In this document: piece by piece, positions 52,322 to 62,711 of the stretch
How positions within the stretch are numbered: position 1 is the stretch's first letter
How the letters are laid out: each line of letters starts with the position of its first letter
The notes under the pieces: model-generated
What the model saw: the letters and a program-made list of their open reading frames with translations, nothing else
Database searches by the model: none
Told to the model about the DNA's origin: nothing
Position numbers and translations under genes: made by a program
Assembly: GCA_017461565.1 (NCBI GenBank)
Contig: JAFTXQ010000016.1
Span: 40,178-104,177, forward strand
Source of the DNA: Oscillospiraceae bacterium
GTDB taxonomy: Bacteria > Bacillota > Clostridia > Oscillospirales > Ruminococcaceae
Length of the DNA: 64,000 nucleotides
Reading direction: 5' to 3'

Positions 52322-55174
52322 TCAGGGCTTTTCACCGAAGATCGGAGAGCTGCCTTTAAGTATCACGATGCGCTCTGCATTTCCTGCGGAATAGTCGTTT
52401 CCGAGATTGAAATCCGTCCAGTCGGCACGGGTGATGCGCACCTGCACTGTCATGCTGTCTCCTGCATTAAGACTGCCCTCTGAAAACTTTATGGCACATT
52501 TCGTGTCGCTGTTAGTGCCGCTTGCTTTGCTGAACGTGCCGTTCGTAACAGATGTAAGCGCAATATATCCGCTGCCATTGGTAGCGGCATGGTCGCACCA
52601 GAAATTGAGGTCGTTCATGCCGTCTGCTGTAAAGAAATAATCTATCTCAAGCTTTGAAAGATCTATCGCAGCGCCTGTGTTGTTCACTATTTCGAGGGTA
52701 AACTGGATAGTGTTTCCGCTGCCGCTGACAGCAGACTGATCCAGCCTTACAGAAACGCCGTTATCCTCGGCGGACGGGTTCTGTGGCTGTGAGGGAGCAG
52801 AGGGCTTTGGAGTGGTAGCTACAGAGGATGAATTCCCACCGGCGGGGGTGCTTACAGGCTTCTGCGAGCTGCTGCTCTTTCCGTCGGGTTCTTTGCCGAA
52901 CACAAGCACGCCGCCCTCATATAGTGCGGTATTTACCGCACGAACCTCAGAGGATCCGTTTGTTCCGATAAGCTCGGCGAATGACGGGTCATTAGTTGCG
53001 TCCCACACACCGTTTTTAGAGGTTATGCGGAACTGGACCTCCTTTTTATAGGCGCTCTGTCCGCCCGGATATATCTTTGTGCCCGAGAAATCTATCGAAA
53101 CATAATAAATATGGTTCTTTTCGTTATGCACGAAGATGCCACCGCTCTTGCCGCCCTCGCTGTAATTGGTGGTAACGGTAAGATCCGATGCACTTCCGCC
53201 TGCTTCATAAAGCTCGGTGAGGTCGATGTAATAGCGCAGCTCGAGATCATCGGTGACTCTTGCAGGCCATGCGGTCTTGTTGTAAATGAGCGCCTTAATC
53301 TCGGTGAAGCCGTTGCCCTGTGCATTGGTGCGGTACTCCACGTAAAGCTCCTCTTCTATATTTTCGATTGCTCCGAAGTCCTTGAGGGTCTTGCCACCGT
53401 ATTTGCCGTACATCTTCGCAAGCAGCGCAGTGAATCCTGCATTGTAGTCGCAGGCGACCTCGTTGCAGTTGAAATCAGAAACGGTGTCTGTATATCCATC
53501 CGAGCTGTTCGGACCGCCTACAAGTGCGCCATAAAGGGTGTGACGGTGATGATTCGGTTCGTTCATATTGTCCGCCCAGCTTCCCTGTGCAGTACGGTGA
53601 TGGGGATGCTCCGGAGGGTTAACACCGTAGCCTACCACATAACTTCTTCCACTGCTGCCGAGGGCATAGTTTATCTGACTTTCGTAGAACTCTGTGTAGG
53701 TGGCCTTTTTAGCCGAGGGACAGCCGCTCCAGTCGGAATACACCGCTGCAAGATATGCTGCGGTGGTAGCATATCTCAGGCTTCCCCAACCATCAAGCCA
53801 TGCAAGGCCTTTGGGCGTATAGGTTATGCGTTCGCCGTTCGTACCTGTCGTCCACCAGTCGAGATTTTTTTCGACGATATTCTTGTAATCCTGCTCGCCT
53901 GTAAGCTTTGCAAGCATAAGGGCTGCTCCGATAGAAACGTCGTCCCAGCACATGGTCCACTTGTAGTCGCAGGAGGCGCTGGTTATGTACTTCTCTGCCT
54001 TGTCGAGATAGGAAGAGTCATCTGTAGCGAGATACAGCCATACTCCTGCCCAGGAAAGCTCATCATAAAAACCGCTCCAGGAGTTGTAGAAACCGTTTGC
54101 GGCAGTATATCCGCTGTCGCTCTTGGTGCGCTCCGCAAAGTCATAGAGCTGCTTTGCGTGTGTCAGACATTTCTTTGCGTAAGCGGAATCGATGTCTTTG
54201 AAAACATAGGCGCACGCCGCAAGGGAGGCAGCTGCCTCGCCCACCACGGCGGACCCGGGGCTGTTTACCGTCACCTTGAAGCTTGGACGTTCCATCTGCA
54301 TTACTTCGGCAGCACCCCACCACGCATGGTCTCTGTTGCCGTCGCCGACCTGATAGTAGTAAACATCATCCTCGGGATGGCATTTCATTAAATAATCATT
54401 CACCCATTTCAGCGTGTCGAGGATATATTCAAGCTGACCGCTTTTTTCGTAGGCATCCTTATACTCATATACTGACCACGCAAGCACAGAAGTGGTATAC
54501 GCCATCGGCAGGTTGAATTTAACGTTGTCGCCTGCGTCATAAAGTCCGCCTGTAAGATCAACTCCTGCGTCGGCGCCGTCATTCATTCCTGAGTCGCCAC
54601 GCCAGTTGGTGCGTGCGTTAGCTTCATCGATATCGCCCGAACGCTGCAGCTCATAGAAAAGAATAGCCTTTTGCAGAGCCTCGCCGTAGTTGTAGTCGCC
54701 TGTGGAAGCAGTGCCCTGCGTACCGCTGCCTGTTTCGGTGAGTCCTGACTGGTTCTGCGTCGGCTTCTGCTGGGGCTTGCTTTCCGGAGAGGTAGATGTA
54801 GCTGGTGTCACAGCGGGTATAAGCGGTGATGTGTTTCCTTCGGAACTTTGAGTGCCTGATGAAGAGGGCTGCTGTACCTCCTCCTGTTGCGATGATGATA
54901 CAGGTTTTTCCTCGCCTCCTTGCTGCAAAGAGGAGCTTTGCGGTGGAGCGCTCTCCGCACTTTCTGTGACGGCAGGCGCATAATATTCGCTGCCTGAGGT
55001 GCCTGAGACGTTGTTTGAGGAAGAAGATACGGAGCCTTCAGGCGCAGAAGTGCTGTCCGAAGCGGTTGTCTGAGATGTAAGATCAAGAGGGATGTTTTCA
55101 ACATCTGAGGCGCAGCCTGTCAGCAGTAAAGACGCCGCAAGCATTATCGAGGCTATTTTAATGCGTAGCTTCAT
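52322..55174 (-). CDS. GH9 endoglucanase with a fused CBM3c-like module and a C-terminal CBM3, predicted lipoprotein
   Basis: The signal and lipobox are [21 protein letters not shown], followed by a long S/T/P/Q-rich linker. GH9 motifs are [24 protein letters not shown] and [11 protein letters not shown]....[12 protein letters not shown]. Two CBM3-like modules follow, separated by a Ser/Pro linker. The start at 55174 follows ACGGAGGA. Confidence 0.88.
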   Translation of the reverse strand: MKLRIKIASIMLAASLLLTGCASDVENIPLDLTSQTTASDSTSAPEGSVSSSSNNVSGTSGSEYYAPAVTESAESAPPQSSSLQQGGEEKPVSSSQQEEVQQPSSSGTQSSEGNTSPLIPAVTPATSTSPESKPQQKPTQNQSGLTETGSGTQGTASTGDYNYGEALQKAILFYELQRSGDIDEANARTNWRGDSGMNDGADAGVDLTGGLYDAGDNVKFNLPMAYTTSVLAWSVYEYKDAYEKSGQLEYILDTLKWVNDYLMKCHPEDDVYYYQVGDGNRDHAWWGAAEVMQMERPSFKVTVNSPGSAVVGEAAASLAACAYVFKDIDSAYAKKCLTHAKQLYDFAERTKSDSGYTAANGFYNSWSGFYDELSWAGVWLYLATDDSSYLDKAEKYITSASCDYKWTMCWDDVSIGAALMLAKLTGEQDYKNIVEKNLDWWTTGTNGERITYTPKGLAWLDGWGSLRYATTAAYLAAVYSDWSGCPSAKKATYTEFYESQINYALGSSGRSYVVGYGVNPPEHPHHRTAQGSWADNMNEPNHHRHTLYGALVGGPNSSDGYTDTVSDFNCNEVACDYNAGFTALLAKMYGKYGGKTLKDFGAIENIEEELYVEYRTNAQGNGFTEIKALIYNKTAWPARVTDDLELRYYIDLTELYEAGGSASDLTVTTNYSEGGKSGGIFVHNEKNHIYYVSIDFSGTKIYPGGQSAYKKEVQFRITSKNGVWDATNDPSFAELIGTNGSSEVRAVNTALYEGGVLVFGKEPDGKSSSSQKPVSTPAGGNSSSVATTPKPSAPSQPQNPSAEDNGVSVRLDQSAVSGSGNTIQFTLEIVNNTGAAIDLSKLEIDYFFTADGMNDLNFWCDHAATNGSGYIALTSVTNGTFSKASGTNSDTKCAIKFSEGSLNAGDSMTVQVRITRADWTDFNLGNDYSAGNAERIVILKGSSPIFGEKP

Positions 55175-55311
55175 TGTGTGTTCCTCCGTTAATATGGTGA
55201 ATAAAATATCGTCAGTTTTTGTCTCCATCCATTATACTCCCTTGCAAGACCTGTTGTCAAGGCTGTTGTATCCTTTAAAAAGCAGATGTCCGGCAGATGC
55301 ATAATTATACC

Positions 55312-55341
55312 TTGACAAAGCATGATAAGATGTGATAAAAT
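55312..55341 (+). promoter_or_regulatory. sigma-A type promoter upstream of the sufC-like gene
   Basis: TTGACA, 18 nt, TAAAAT. Confidence 0.45.
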
Positions 55342-55401
55342 ATTAACATTAAAATTATCATGAACATGGCGGAGGAGTCTGCCTGAAAGGAGCATGTTTA
55401 A

Positions 55402-56127
55402 GTGCTTGAACTGAAGAACCTTACATGGCGTCTGCCGAGCGGTGAAAAGATAGTTGATGATATCAGCTACAAGGCGACGCAGAAGCTTATCGTTATCACT
55501 GGCCCGAACGGCGGCGGCAAGACCACCCTTGCAAAGCTTATTGCGGGCGTTGAGGCTCCCGATTCCGGCAGGATACTGCTTGACGGAGAGGATATTACAG
55601 ACCTTGATATCACACAGCGTGCGCAAAAAGGCGTTGCCTATGCGTTCCAGCAGCCTGTCCGTTTCAAGGGGCTTACTGTACGTGATCTGCTGATACTCGC
55701 AGCAGGCGAGCACATGAAGGAGACCTCCCTGTGCGAGCTTCTTGGCAAGGTGGGTCTGTGCGCCGAGGAATATATCGACCGTGAGATGAGCACAGCGCTC
55801 TCAGGCGGCGAGGCAAAGCGCATAGAGATCGCAACCGTGCTTGCAAGAAAGGCAAAGCTCTCCGTGTTTGATGAGCCCGAGGCAGGTATCGACCTTTGGA
55901 GCTTCTCAAAGCTTGTGGAGACATTTGAGGATATCAGGAACAACACCGACGGTACACTGGTGGTGATTTCGCATCAGGAGCGTATACTTTCCATTGCTGA
56001 CGAGATCATCGTTGTTGCGAACGGAAAGATAAGGACCGCAGGTCCCCGTGAGGAGATACTTCCTGCGCTGCTTAAGGGTGAGTATACCTGTTCCTGCCCC
56101 AGAAGAAACGGAGGTGTTTGTCAGTAA
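55402..56127 (+). CDS. sufC: SufC-like ABC ATPase (Fe-S cluster assembly)
   Basis: Walker A is GPNGGGKTT, the signature is LSGGEAKR, Walker B is SVFDEPEAGID, and the H-loop is ISHQ. It pairs with a SufB/D-family gene. Confidence 0.75.
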   Translation: MLELKNLTWRLPSGEKIVDDISYKATQKLIVITGPNGGGKTTLAKLIAGVEAPDSGRILLDGEDITDLDITQRAQKGVAYAFQQPVRFKGLTVRDLLILAAGEHMKETSLCELLGKVGLCAEEYIDREMSTALSGGEAKRIEIATVLARKAKLSVFDEPEAGIDLWSFSKLVETFEDIRNNTDGTLVVISHQERILSIADEIIVVANGKIRTAGPREEILPALLKGEYTCSCPRRNGGVCQ

Positions 56128-57071
56128 TGAGCGATATCATGGATATTAATTTCAATGCTGTAACAGGCGACCTGCTGAAGATGATCTCCGATTACGACGG
56201 AACCGAGTTCAAGGGCGCTTACAATATCCGTCAGGACAGCGAGTGTGCAGGCAGAAAGTCATCGGAGAACGTTTCTATCGAGCCTAAGACGGACAACCCC
56301 GGCATCGTTATCACAGTAAAGCCCGGCACAAAGGGAGAGACCGTGTTTATTCCTGCGTGTGTAACCCATAGCAATGTGGATGATCTTGTTTACAACGATT
56401 TTTACATCGGCGAGGGAGCAGATGTTGTGATAGTTGCAGGCTGCGGAGTTCACAGCGACGGCGAGGAGACCGCACGTCACAATGGTATTCACCGCTTTTT
56501 CCTTGCAAAGGACAGCAAGGTGCTGTATAAGGAAAAGCACGTGGGCACAGGAACAGGAACAGGCCTCAAGAAGATCGATCCGGTTACCGACTGTTATCTT
56601 GAGGAAAATTCACGGCTTGAGATGGATACTATCCAGCTTGGCGGCGTAGACCGTTCTACAAGAAACACCTCTGCGGTGCTTGGGAAGAACGCAAAGATTA
56701 TCGTGCGTGAGCGCATAATGACAGACAATGAAGAGGTTGCAATAACAAATTTCAAGGTAAAGCTGGACGGTGAGGACTCGGGAGCGGATCTGGTTTCACG
56801 TTCCGTTGCAAAGGGAAATTCCCATCAGGAGTTCTATTCTCTTGTTGAGGGCAACAACCGCTGTACAGGTCACTCTGCCTGTGACGCTATCCTTGCGGAG
56901 AATGGCACAGTAGACGCACAGCCTGCGCTCAATGCTTCTCATGTTGATGCGGCGCTTATCCATGAGGCAGCTATCGGAAAGATAGCAGGTGAGCAGCTTA
57001 TGAAGCTGCGCACTCTCGGACTTACCGAGGAAGAAGCCGAAGCAAAGATAATTGAGGGCTTCCTGAAATAA
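56127..57071 (+). CDS. SufB/SufD-family Fe-S assembly scaffold protein (short form)
   Basis: It is about 315 aa with a beta-helix-type repetitive core. The C-terminus is HEAAIGKIAGEQLMKLRTLGLTEEEAEAKIIEGFL, typical of SufB/D (..HEA.IG.I..EQL.YL..RG....A...I..GF). Confidence 0.75.
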   Translation: MSDIMDINFNAVTGDLLKMISDYDGTEFKGAYNIRQDSECAGRKSSENVSIEPKTDNPGIVITVKPGTKGETVFIPACVTHSNVDDLVYNDFYIGEGADVVIVAGCGVHSDGEETARHNGIHRFFLAKDSKVLYKEKHVGTGTGTGLKKIDPVTDCYLEENSRLEMDTIQLGGVDRSTRNTSAVLGKNAKIIVRERIMTDNEEVAITNFKVKLDGEDSGADLVSRSVAKGNSHQEFYSLVEGNNRCTGHSACDAILAENGTVDAQPALNASHVDAALIHEAAIGKIAGEQLMKLRTLGLTEEEAEAKIIEGFLK

Positions 57072-57087
57072 TATAATGCTAACATTT

Positions 57088-57115
57088 GCCCACAGATAGC
57101 TGTCTGTGGGCTTTT
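57088..57115 (+). terminator. intrinsic terminator
   Basis: GCCCACAGA-TAGCTG-TCTGTGGGC followed by TTTTG. Confidence 0.75.
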
Positions 57116-57208
57116 GCTTATTGATATGTTTATCTGAGCTTTGCGGAATGTTTCTGCATAGGTCTTAGCTGTAATATTTTACAAACTGCTTAAAATCGTA
57201 AAAAACAC

Positions 57209-57237
57209 TTGTACAAATCTAAAAAATATGATATAAT
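57209..57237 (+). promoter_or_regulatory. sigma-A type promoter upstream of asp23/nusB
   Basis: TTGTAC, 17 nt, TATAAT. Confidence 0.5.
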
Positions 57238-57288
57238 AAAATGGAATAGATATGTTTAATGATACTATCACATTATAGGAGGAAAATT

Positions 57289-57630
57289 ATGGAAGCAAAT
57301 GAAAACAAGACCATTGGCAGCATAAAGGTATCTGACAGCGTTATCATTAAGATCGCAGAGGTTGCAGCTACCGAGATCGACGGCGTTGACTGCAAGGATC
57401 AGACGCTTACTCCCGCAAACAAGAAGTCAAAGCTCCTTGGCGTTGTTAAGACAAAGCTGAGCGGCGACGAGGCTTCCGTCAAGCTGGAGATCGTTGTCAA
57501 GGAGGGCTTCAATGCCGTAAACGTTGCAGAAAACGTACAGAAGAGCGTAAAATCTGCCATCCAGAACATGACAGGCTTCACTGTGACAAAGGTGGATGTT
57601 GTTGTTGCAGGTATCAAATTCAATAAGTAA
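57289..57630 (+). CDS. Asp23/Gls24-family envelope stress (alkaline shock) protein
   Basis: GSIKVSDSVIIKIAEVAATEIDGV...VDVVVAGI matches the family. The start at 57289 follows TAGGAGGA. Confidence 0.8.
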   Translation: MEANENKTIGSIKVSDSVIIKIAEVAATEIDGVDCKDQTLTPANKKSKLLGVVKTKLSGDEASVKLEIVVKEGFNAVNVAENVQKSVKSAIQNMTGFTVTKVDVVVAGIKFNK

Positions 57631-57645
57631 GAGGTAGACATAAGA

Positions 57646-58062
57646 ATGGAAGAAAATCTTACAAGACGTGAAGTGCGTGAGGGTGCGTTCATCATCCTTT
57701 ACCAGACCATCTTCGGTATCTCTCCCGAGGAGATATGCGAAGCAAATGAGGAAGCATTCGGTCTTGCCAGAAACGAGGAAACAGACGAGATAGTAAACGG
57801 CGTACTTGCTCACAATGAGGAGCTGGAGCAGATCATCGCAAAATACAGTACCACACGTTCTGTTTCGAGAATTGCAAAGGTCAACATGGTCATCATGAAG
57901 ATCGCCGTGTACGAGATGAAATACTGTGAGCGTGTACCCAACGCTGCTGCAATAAACGAGGCAGTGGAGCTTTCAAAGAAGTATGCTTACAAGGCTGACA
58001 GCGGCTTCATAAACGGAGTGCTGAACGCATATCTCGGTGAACTGGATGGAGCAAAGGAATAA
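57646..58062 (+). CDS. nusB: transcription antitermination factor NusB
   Basis: 138 aa. It contains RREVREGAFIILYQ and ..INEAVELSKKY....SGFINGVL. Confidence 0.88.
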   Translation: MEENLTRREVREGAFIILYQTIFGISPEEICEANEEAFGLARNEETDEIVNGVLAHNEELEQIIAKYSTTRSVSRIAKVNMVIMKIAVYEMKYCERVPNAAAINEAVELSKKYAYKADSGFINGVLNAYLGELDGAKE

Positions 58063-59254
58063 GCCTCCCGTTGTCACGGTGTCGCAGGTCAACCGTGTTA
58101 TCGGTATGCTGATAAAAGGCGACAAGCGGCTTGCGAACGTGGCGGTCAGGGGAGAGGTATCCAACTTCACGAGACAATACCAAAAGGGACATCTGTATTT
58201 TACACTAAAGGACGGACAGACCCAGCTCAAAGCGGTGATGTTTGCAGGGAATGCACAGATGCTCCGTTTTCAGCCCCGGAACGGCGATAAAGTCGTGTGC
58301 TGCGGCGCAGTTACGGTTTATGAGCCGGGTGGAGTGTATCAGATAAACTGCACCGAAATGTATCCCGATGGCGAGGGCGAGCAGGCGGCTGCTCTTGAGG
58401 AGCTGAAAAAGCGTCTTTCTGCTGAAGGACTTTTTTCACGTAAGCGAAGGATACCTGCGTTCCCTAAGAAGATAGCGGTCGTAACCTCGGCAGGGGGAGC
58501 GGCTTTGCAGGATGTGATAAACATAATCTCACGCCGCTGTCCTATGGTCACGCTGACGATAATTCCCGCACAAGTGCAGGGGGCGGATGCGCCGCAATCG
58601 ATAGCAAAAGCGCTGAAAAGGGCGCAGAGTGTAGGGGCGGATACGATAATATTCGGCAGGGGCGGAGGCTCCGCCGAGGATCTTGCGGCATTCAATACCG
58701 AGCTTGTAGCAAGAGCGGTATTTGACAGCGATGTTCCGACGATATCCGCAGTCGGACATGAAACAGACCTCAGTATTGCTGATCTTGCGGCAGATATGAG
58801 AGCACCTACGCCTTCGGCGGCAGCTGAGCTCGCTGTGCCTGAGGCTAGTGCAATGCTTGCGGCAGTTGAAGAAGCCGGCAGACGCATATCTGCAAACACA
58901 AAGCGCTGTCTGTTGAAAAAGGAACAGGATCTCGTTTTCAGGAGCGAGGTCATACGTGCGCTTTCTCCGCACAACAGGATAAAAAACAGCGAGCAGAGGC
59001 TCGAAGGTTTGAGTGAAAGCATATCACGCAAGGCGCATTTTGTGCTGGACGATGCAGAACGCAGGCTGTCAGCAGCGGCTGAGATGATATCTGCGCTAAA
59101 TCCCATGAGCATTTTGGTGCGGGGATATTCGGTAACTTATCATAACGACAGGATAATCACAGGCTCCGAGGGGCTTGAAACGGGCGACAGGCTTGATATA
59201 CGCCTTGCACACGGAAGCGTGCAGGCACAGGTCACTGCCGTCGAAAAGGAATAA
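58037..59254 (+). CDS. xseA: exodeoxyribonuclease VII large subunit
   Basis: TVSQVNRVIGMLI...V.GEVSNF......GHLYFTLKD is the OB-fold N-terminus. PKKIAVVTS..GAALQD and RGGGS.EDL are also present. Confidence 0.9.
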   Translation: MNWMEQRNKPPVVTVSQVNRVIGMLIKGDKRLANVAVRGEVSNFTRQYQKGHLYFTLKDGQTQLKAVMFAGNAQMLRFQPRNGDKVVCCGAVTVYEPGGVYQINCTEMYPDGEGEQAAALEELKKRLSAEGLFSRKRRIPAFPKKIAVVTSAGGAALQDVINIISRRCPMVTLTIIPAQVQGADAPQSIAKALKRAQSVGADTIIFGRGGGSAEDLAAFNTELVARAVFDSDVPTISAVGHETDLSIADLAADMRAPTPSAAAELAVPEASAMLAAVEEAGRRISANTKRCLLKKEQDLVFRSEVIRALSPHNRIKNSEQRLEGLSESISRKAHFVLDDAERRLSAAAEMISALNPMSILVRGYSVTYHNDRIITGSEGLETGDRLDIRLAHGSVQAQVTAVEKE

Positions 59255-59261
59255 ATAGTAT

Positions 59262-59438
59262 ATGGATCTGGAAAAATCAATGGCACGTCTGGCAGAAATA
59301 TCCGAGCGTATGAGCGGAGAGCTTTCACTGGAAGAGTCTATGAAGCTTTATACCGAAGCGGTGGAGCTTGTAAAGCAGTGCCGGGGATATATAAACGAAG
59401 CAAAGCTTACGATAGAGCAGCTTGAGGCTGCGGAATGA
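59262..59438 (+). CDS. xseB: exodeoxyribonuclease VII small subunit
   Basis: This is a 58-codon ORF below the ORF-track cutoff. My translation is MDLEKSMARLAEISERMSGELSLEESMKLYTEAVELVKQCRGYINEAKLTIEQLEAAE. It shows the XseB pattern (..LE.....LE.G...LEES...Y..G..L...C...L..A) and sits between xseA and ispA. Confidence 0.85.
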   Translation: MDLEKSMARLAEISERMSGELSLEESMKLYTEAVELVKQCRGYINEAKLTIEQLEAAE

Positions 59439-60331
59439 GGGAAATGATGGTCAAGGAACGGTTGGAATATTACGCTGAGATAACGGAGGAGGCGCTTGAT
59501 AAGTACCTTCCCGATACACAGTGTCTGCAAAGCAGCGTAATTAAGGCGGCACGTCACAGCCTGAGTGCAGGCGGTAAGCGTATCCGCCCTGCACTGGTGA
59601 TGGAATTCTGCCGTGTGTGCGGCGGCGATGCGGAGGATGCACTCCCTGTTGCGTGCGCTATTGAGATGATGCACACATTCTCTTTGATACATGACGATCT
59701 TCCCTGTATGGATGATGACGATATGCGCAGAGGCAAGCCGAGCTGCCATAAGGTGTATGGAGAAGCGACTGCGCTTCTGGCAGGCGACGCACTTGCGATG
59801 CTGCCATATCAGATAATTGCGCAGGCGGCTCTTAAAAAGCGTCTTGACAGCGAAGCAGCGCTCAAGATCATTTCACTTCTCGGTGAAAGATCGGGTATAT
59901 TCGGCATGATCGGAGGTCAGGTGATAGACACCGAGAACGAGGGCAAGCAGCTCCCCGAGAATATTTTACTTGAAATGTACAGGATGAAAACGGGTGCGCT
60001 TCTGGATTTTTGCTGCCGTGCAGGCTGTATTGCGGCAGGCGCAGGCGCAGACAGACAGCTCGCCGCAGGCGAGTATGCAGGACGTCTTGGTCTTGCGTTT
60101 CAGATGATCGACGATATTCTTGACGTTACGGCGGATGAAAAGCTGTTGGGCAAGCCCGTAGGCAGCGACGCCGACAGCGGCAAGCTCACATACGTTTCGG
60201 CAGTGGGTCTTGAAAATGCCCGTAAAGAGGCGGAGAGGCTCACGGCTCAGGCAATAAATGCATTGGAAGCCTTTGAGGATACGGAGTTCCTCATAGGACT
60301 TACTGAAATGCTTCTTAAAAGAAATTATTGA
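59435..60331 (+). CDS. ispA: (2E,6E)-farnesyl diphosphate synthase / polyprenyl synthase
   Basis: The first Asp-rich motif is LIHDDLPCMDDDDMRRGK and the second is FQMIDDILD. Confidence 0.88.
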   Translation: MREMMVKERLEYYAEITEEALDKYLPDTQCLQSSVIKAARHSLSAGGKRIRPALVMEFCRVCGGDAEDALPVACAIEMMHTFSLIHDDLPCMDDDDMRRGKPSCHKVYGEATALLAGDALAMLPYQIIAQAALKKRLDSEAALKIISLLGERSGIFGMIGGQVIDTENEGKQLPENILLEMYRMKTGALLDFCCRAGCIAAGAGADRQLAAGEYAGRLGLAFQMIDDILDVTADEKLLGKPVGSDADSGKLTYVSAVGLENARKEAERLTAQAINALEAFEDTEFLIGLTEMLLKRNY

Positions 60332-60351
60332 TCTGCAAAGGTAGAGATAAG

Positions 60352-60840
60352 ATGGATATTTTAATGGCTAATCCCATATTGAGTGTAGGCATAATCGGAT
60401 GGTTTGCTGCGCAGATAATAAAAACGGTCGTCCATGCTATAAAGGTGAAATCCTTTAATCCTGAGAGGTTTATTGGCGCAGGAGGTATGCCTTCTTCGCA
60501 TTCCTCGCTGGTGGTTTCGGTGGCGATCTATACTCTGAGGTCGGAGGGCTTTTCAAGCCCTGCGTTCGCTCTTGCTATGATACTTGCCTGCGTCGTTATA
60601 TACGACGCTATGAGTGTACGCTATAATGCAGGTCTGCACGCAAAGGAGCTTAACCGTATGCGTAAGGTGATCGATGAGATAGACGATGAGATCGCACAGC
60701 TCTGCGGTGATGATGACGATGAGATAGATGATCTTTCTGAGCAGAAGGATCTGAAGGAATTCCTTGGTCACACTCCCATCGAAGTGCTGGCAGGCTCTAT
60801 GCTTGGTATCATCATAGCTATGGTATTTCCTCTCAAGTGA
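60352..60840 (+). CDS. divergent PAP2 / DUF212 family membrane protein
   Basis: IIKTVVHAIK......RF.GAGGMPSSHSSLV and YDAMSVRYNAG.HAKELN match DUF212. Confidence 0.75.
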   Translation: MDILMANPILSVGIIGWFAAQIIKTVVHAIKVKSFNPERFIGAGGMPSSHSSLVVSVAIYTLRSEGFSSPAFALAMILACVVIYDAMSVRYNAGLHAKELNRMRKVIDEIDDEIAQLCGDDDDEIDDLSEQKDLKEFLGHTPIEVLAGSMLGIIIAMVFPLK

Positions 60841-60882
60841 TGCCGTGCACGGCTATCCTACTTCTCTTTTCGGAGGATAACA

Positions 60883-62697
60883 ATGTATCTTGACGACAAT
60901 ATCAACCATGATATGATCTCTGATATGACGCTTCCGCAGCTCAAAGGTCTTTGCCGTGAGCTGCGGGGCTGTATTTTAAGAACAGTGACAAAAACGGGCG
61001 GACATCTTGCTTCCAATCTCGGTACGGTGGAGCTTACGGTGGCGCTGCACTATGTTTTTGATATAAAAGAGGACCGCATACTGTGGGATGTGGGTCACCA
61101 GGCGTATGCCCATAAGCTGCTTACGGGAAGATATTCCCGTTTTTCCACGTTAAGGAGCAACGGCGGTCTTTCGGGCTTTACACGCAGGAGTGAGTCTGAG
61201 GCCGATGCTTTCATATCGGGACATAGCAGCACTTCTGTTTCCGCTGCCTGCGGAATTGCAGCTGCGATGAAGCTAAGCGGCAGAAAGGGCAGTGTAGCGG
61301 CGGTGATCGGTGACGGTGCTTTCACAGGCGGCATGGCTTATGAGGGTCTTAACAATGCCGCCAAGAGCCGTACGGGTCTCGTGGTGGTGCTGAACGACAA
61401 CGCTATGTCCATATCGAAAAGCACGGGAGCGTTTGCGAGATATCTTTCTCAGATACGCTCTACAAGGAAATATTACTGCGCCAAGGAGAATGTAAAGTCG
61501 GCGCTGTCACGTCTTCCTGTTGTGGGTATCCCCCTTGAAAAGAGTGTGCGCACGGCAAAAAACCTTGTAAAGGACGCCATCTATGGCTCGGCAACGCTGT
61601 TTGAAAATCTCGGCTGCACCTATATCGGTCCTGTGGACGGTCACAATATGGAGGATATGATAGAGGCGCTCTCAGTGGCTAAGATGCTGCGCCGTCCATG
61701 TGTTGTGCACGTGTTTACAACAAAGGGCAAGGGCTATCGTCCTGCGGAGGAGAATCCGGGAGAGTATCATGCGGTACCAAGAAAGGCTGCAGGTGTGCAG
61801 ACGGTGGTGCCCAAAAGCAGCTTTTCCGAGGAATTCGGATTGGAGCTGGAGCGCCTTGCAAAGACAGACAGCAGGATATGTGCCATAACTGCGGCAATGA
61901 AATACGCCACAGGTCTCAACTTTTTCAGCCACTCCTTTCCTGAGCGATTTTTTGACACGGGCATAGCTGAGCAGCATTCGGTTACCTTTGCGGCAGGACT
62001 TGCGGCAGAGGGGATGCTTCCTGTGTTCGGCGTTTATTCCACGTTTTTGCAGCGTGGATATGATCAGATCATACACGACTGCGCCATCGAAAACACCCAT
62101 GTTGTGCTGGCGGTAGACAGAGCGGGCTTTGTCGGAGAGGATGGAGAGACTCACCAGGGTATAATGGATGTGCCGATGCTGTCCGCTATACCCAATACGA
62201 CTATATATTCCCCCGCTAGCTATGAGGAGCTTCGCCGCTGCTTGAAGCGTGCGATATTTGACACGAAGGGTATTGCGGTAGTCCGCTATCCGAAGGGCAG
62301 CGAATACAGAAGCTATATGACTCCTGCGCAGGATTTCGCCTACAGTGGAAAGCGCAGCAGGACGCTAGCAATAAGCTATGGAAGGATAGCAGGCTGGCTG
62401 GATGAGGTGGCTGAGAAAACGGGTGCTGACTGGCTCCGTCTTGTGAAGATAGCGCCGCTTCCGGATTGGATAAGCGAGATAGCCGCAGCATACGAAAGAG
62501 TGGTTTTCTTTGAGGAGAGCCTGCTTAACGGCGGTATTGCGGAGCGCCTCGGGGCGCAGCTCATGAAGCGTGGCTTCCGTGGAAAGTATGAGACTGTTGG
62601 CGCAGATGGTTTCGTTCCGGCTGCCGGTGTCGAGGAGCAGCTGATCATGTACGGCCTGGACAGACAGAGTATGACTGAAAGGCTGCTGCACCCCTGA
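60883..62697 (+). CDS. dxs: 1-deoxy-D-xylulose-5-phosphate synthase
   Basis: 604 aa. It contains GGHLASNLGTVELTVALHYVFD...ILWDVGHQAYAHKLLTGR, IGDGAFTGGMAYEGLNNA and DTGIAEQHSVTFAAGLA. Confidence 0.92.
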   Translation: MYLDDNINHDMISDMTLPQLKGLCRELRGCILRTVTKTGGHLASNLGTVELTVALHYVFDIKEDRILWDVGHQAYAHKLLTGRYSRFSTLRSNGGLSGFTRRSESEADAFISGHSSTSVSAACGIAAAMKLSGRKGSVAAVIGDGAFTGGMAYEGLNNAAKSRTGLVVVLNDNAMSISKSTGAFARYLSQIRSTRKYYCAKENVKSALSRLPVVGIPLEKSVRTAKNLVKDAIYGSATLFENLGCTYIGPVDGHNMEDMIEALSVAKMLRRPCVVHVFTTKGKGYRPAEENPGEYHAVPRKAAGVQTVVPKSSFSEEFGLELERLAKTDSRICAITAAMKYATGLNFFSHSFPERFFDTGIAEQHSVTFAAGLAAEGMLPVFGVYSTFLQRGYDQIIHDCAIENTHVVLAVDRAGFVGEDGETHQGIMDVPMLSAIPNTTIYSPASYEELRRCLKRAIFDTKGIAVVRYPKGSEYRSYMTPAQDFAYSGKRSRTLAISYGRIAGWLDEVAEKTGADWLRLVKIAPLPDWISEIAAAYERVVFFEESLLNGGIAERLGAQLMKRGFRGKYETVGADGFVPAAGVEEQLIMYGLDRQSMTERLLHP

Positions 62698-62711
62698 AAA
62701 GGAGAGCTGAT

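Noticed and set aside
53111-54391. A 426-aa + strand ORF inside the GH9 gene. Similar long antisense ORFs occur at 62376..63614 (-), 58339..59112 (-), 27396..28085 (+), 29530..30249 (+), 39915..40505 (-) and 40621..41229 (-).
   Set aside because: All are shadow ORFs opposite confidently identified genes (GH9, dxs/nudix/tlyA, xseA, CotH, MCP, wecE). They lack an RBS and any recognisable motif.
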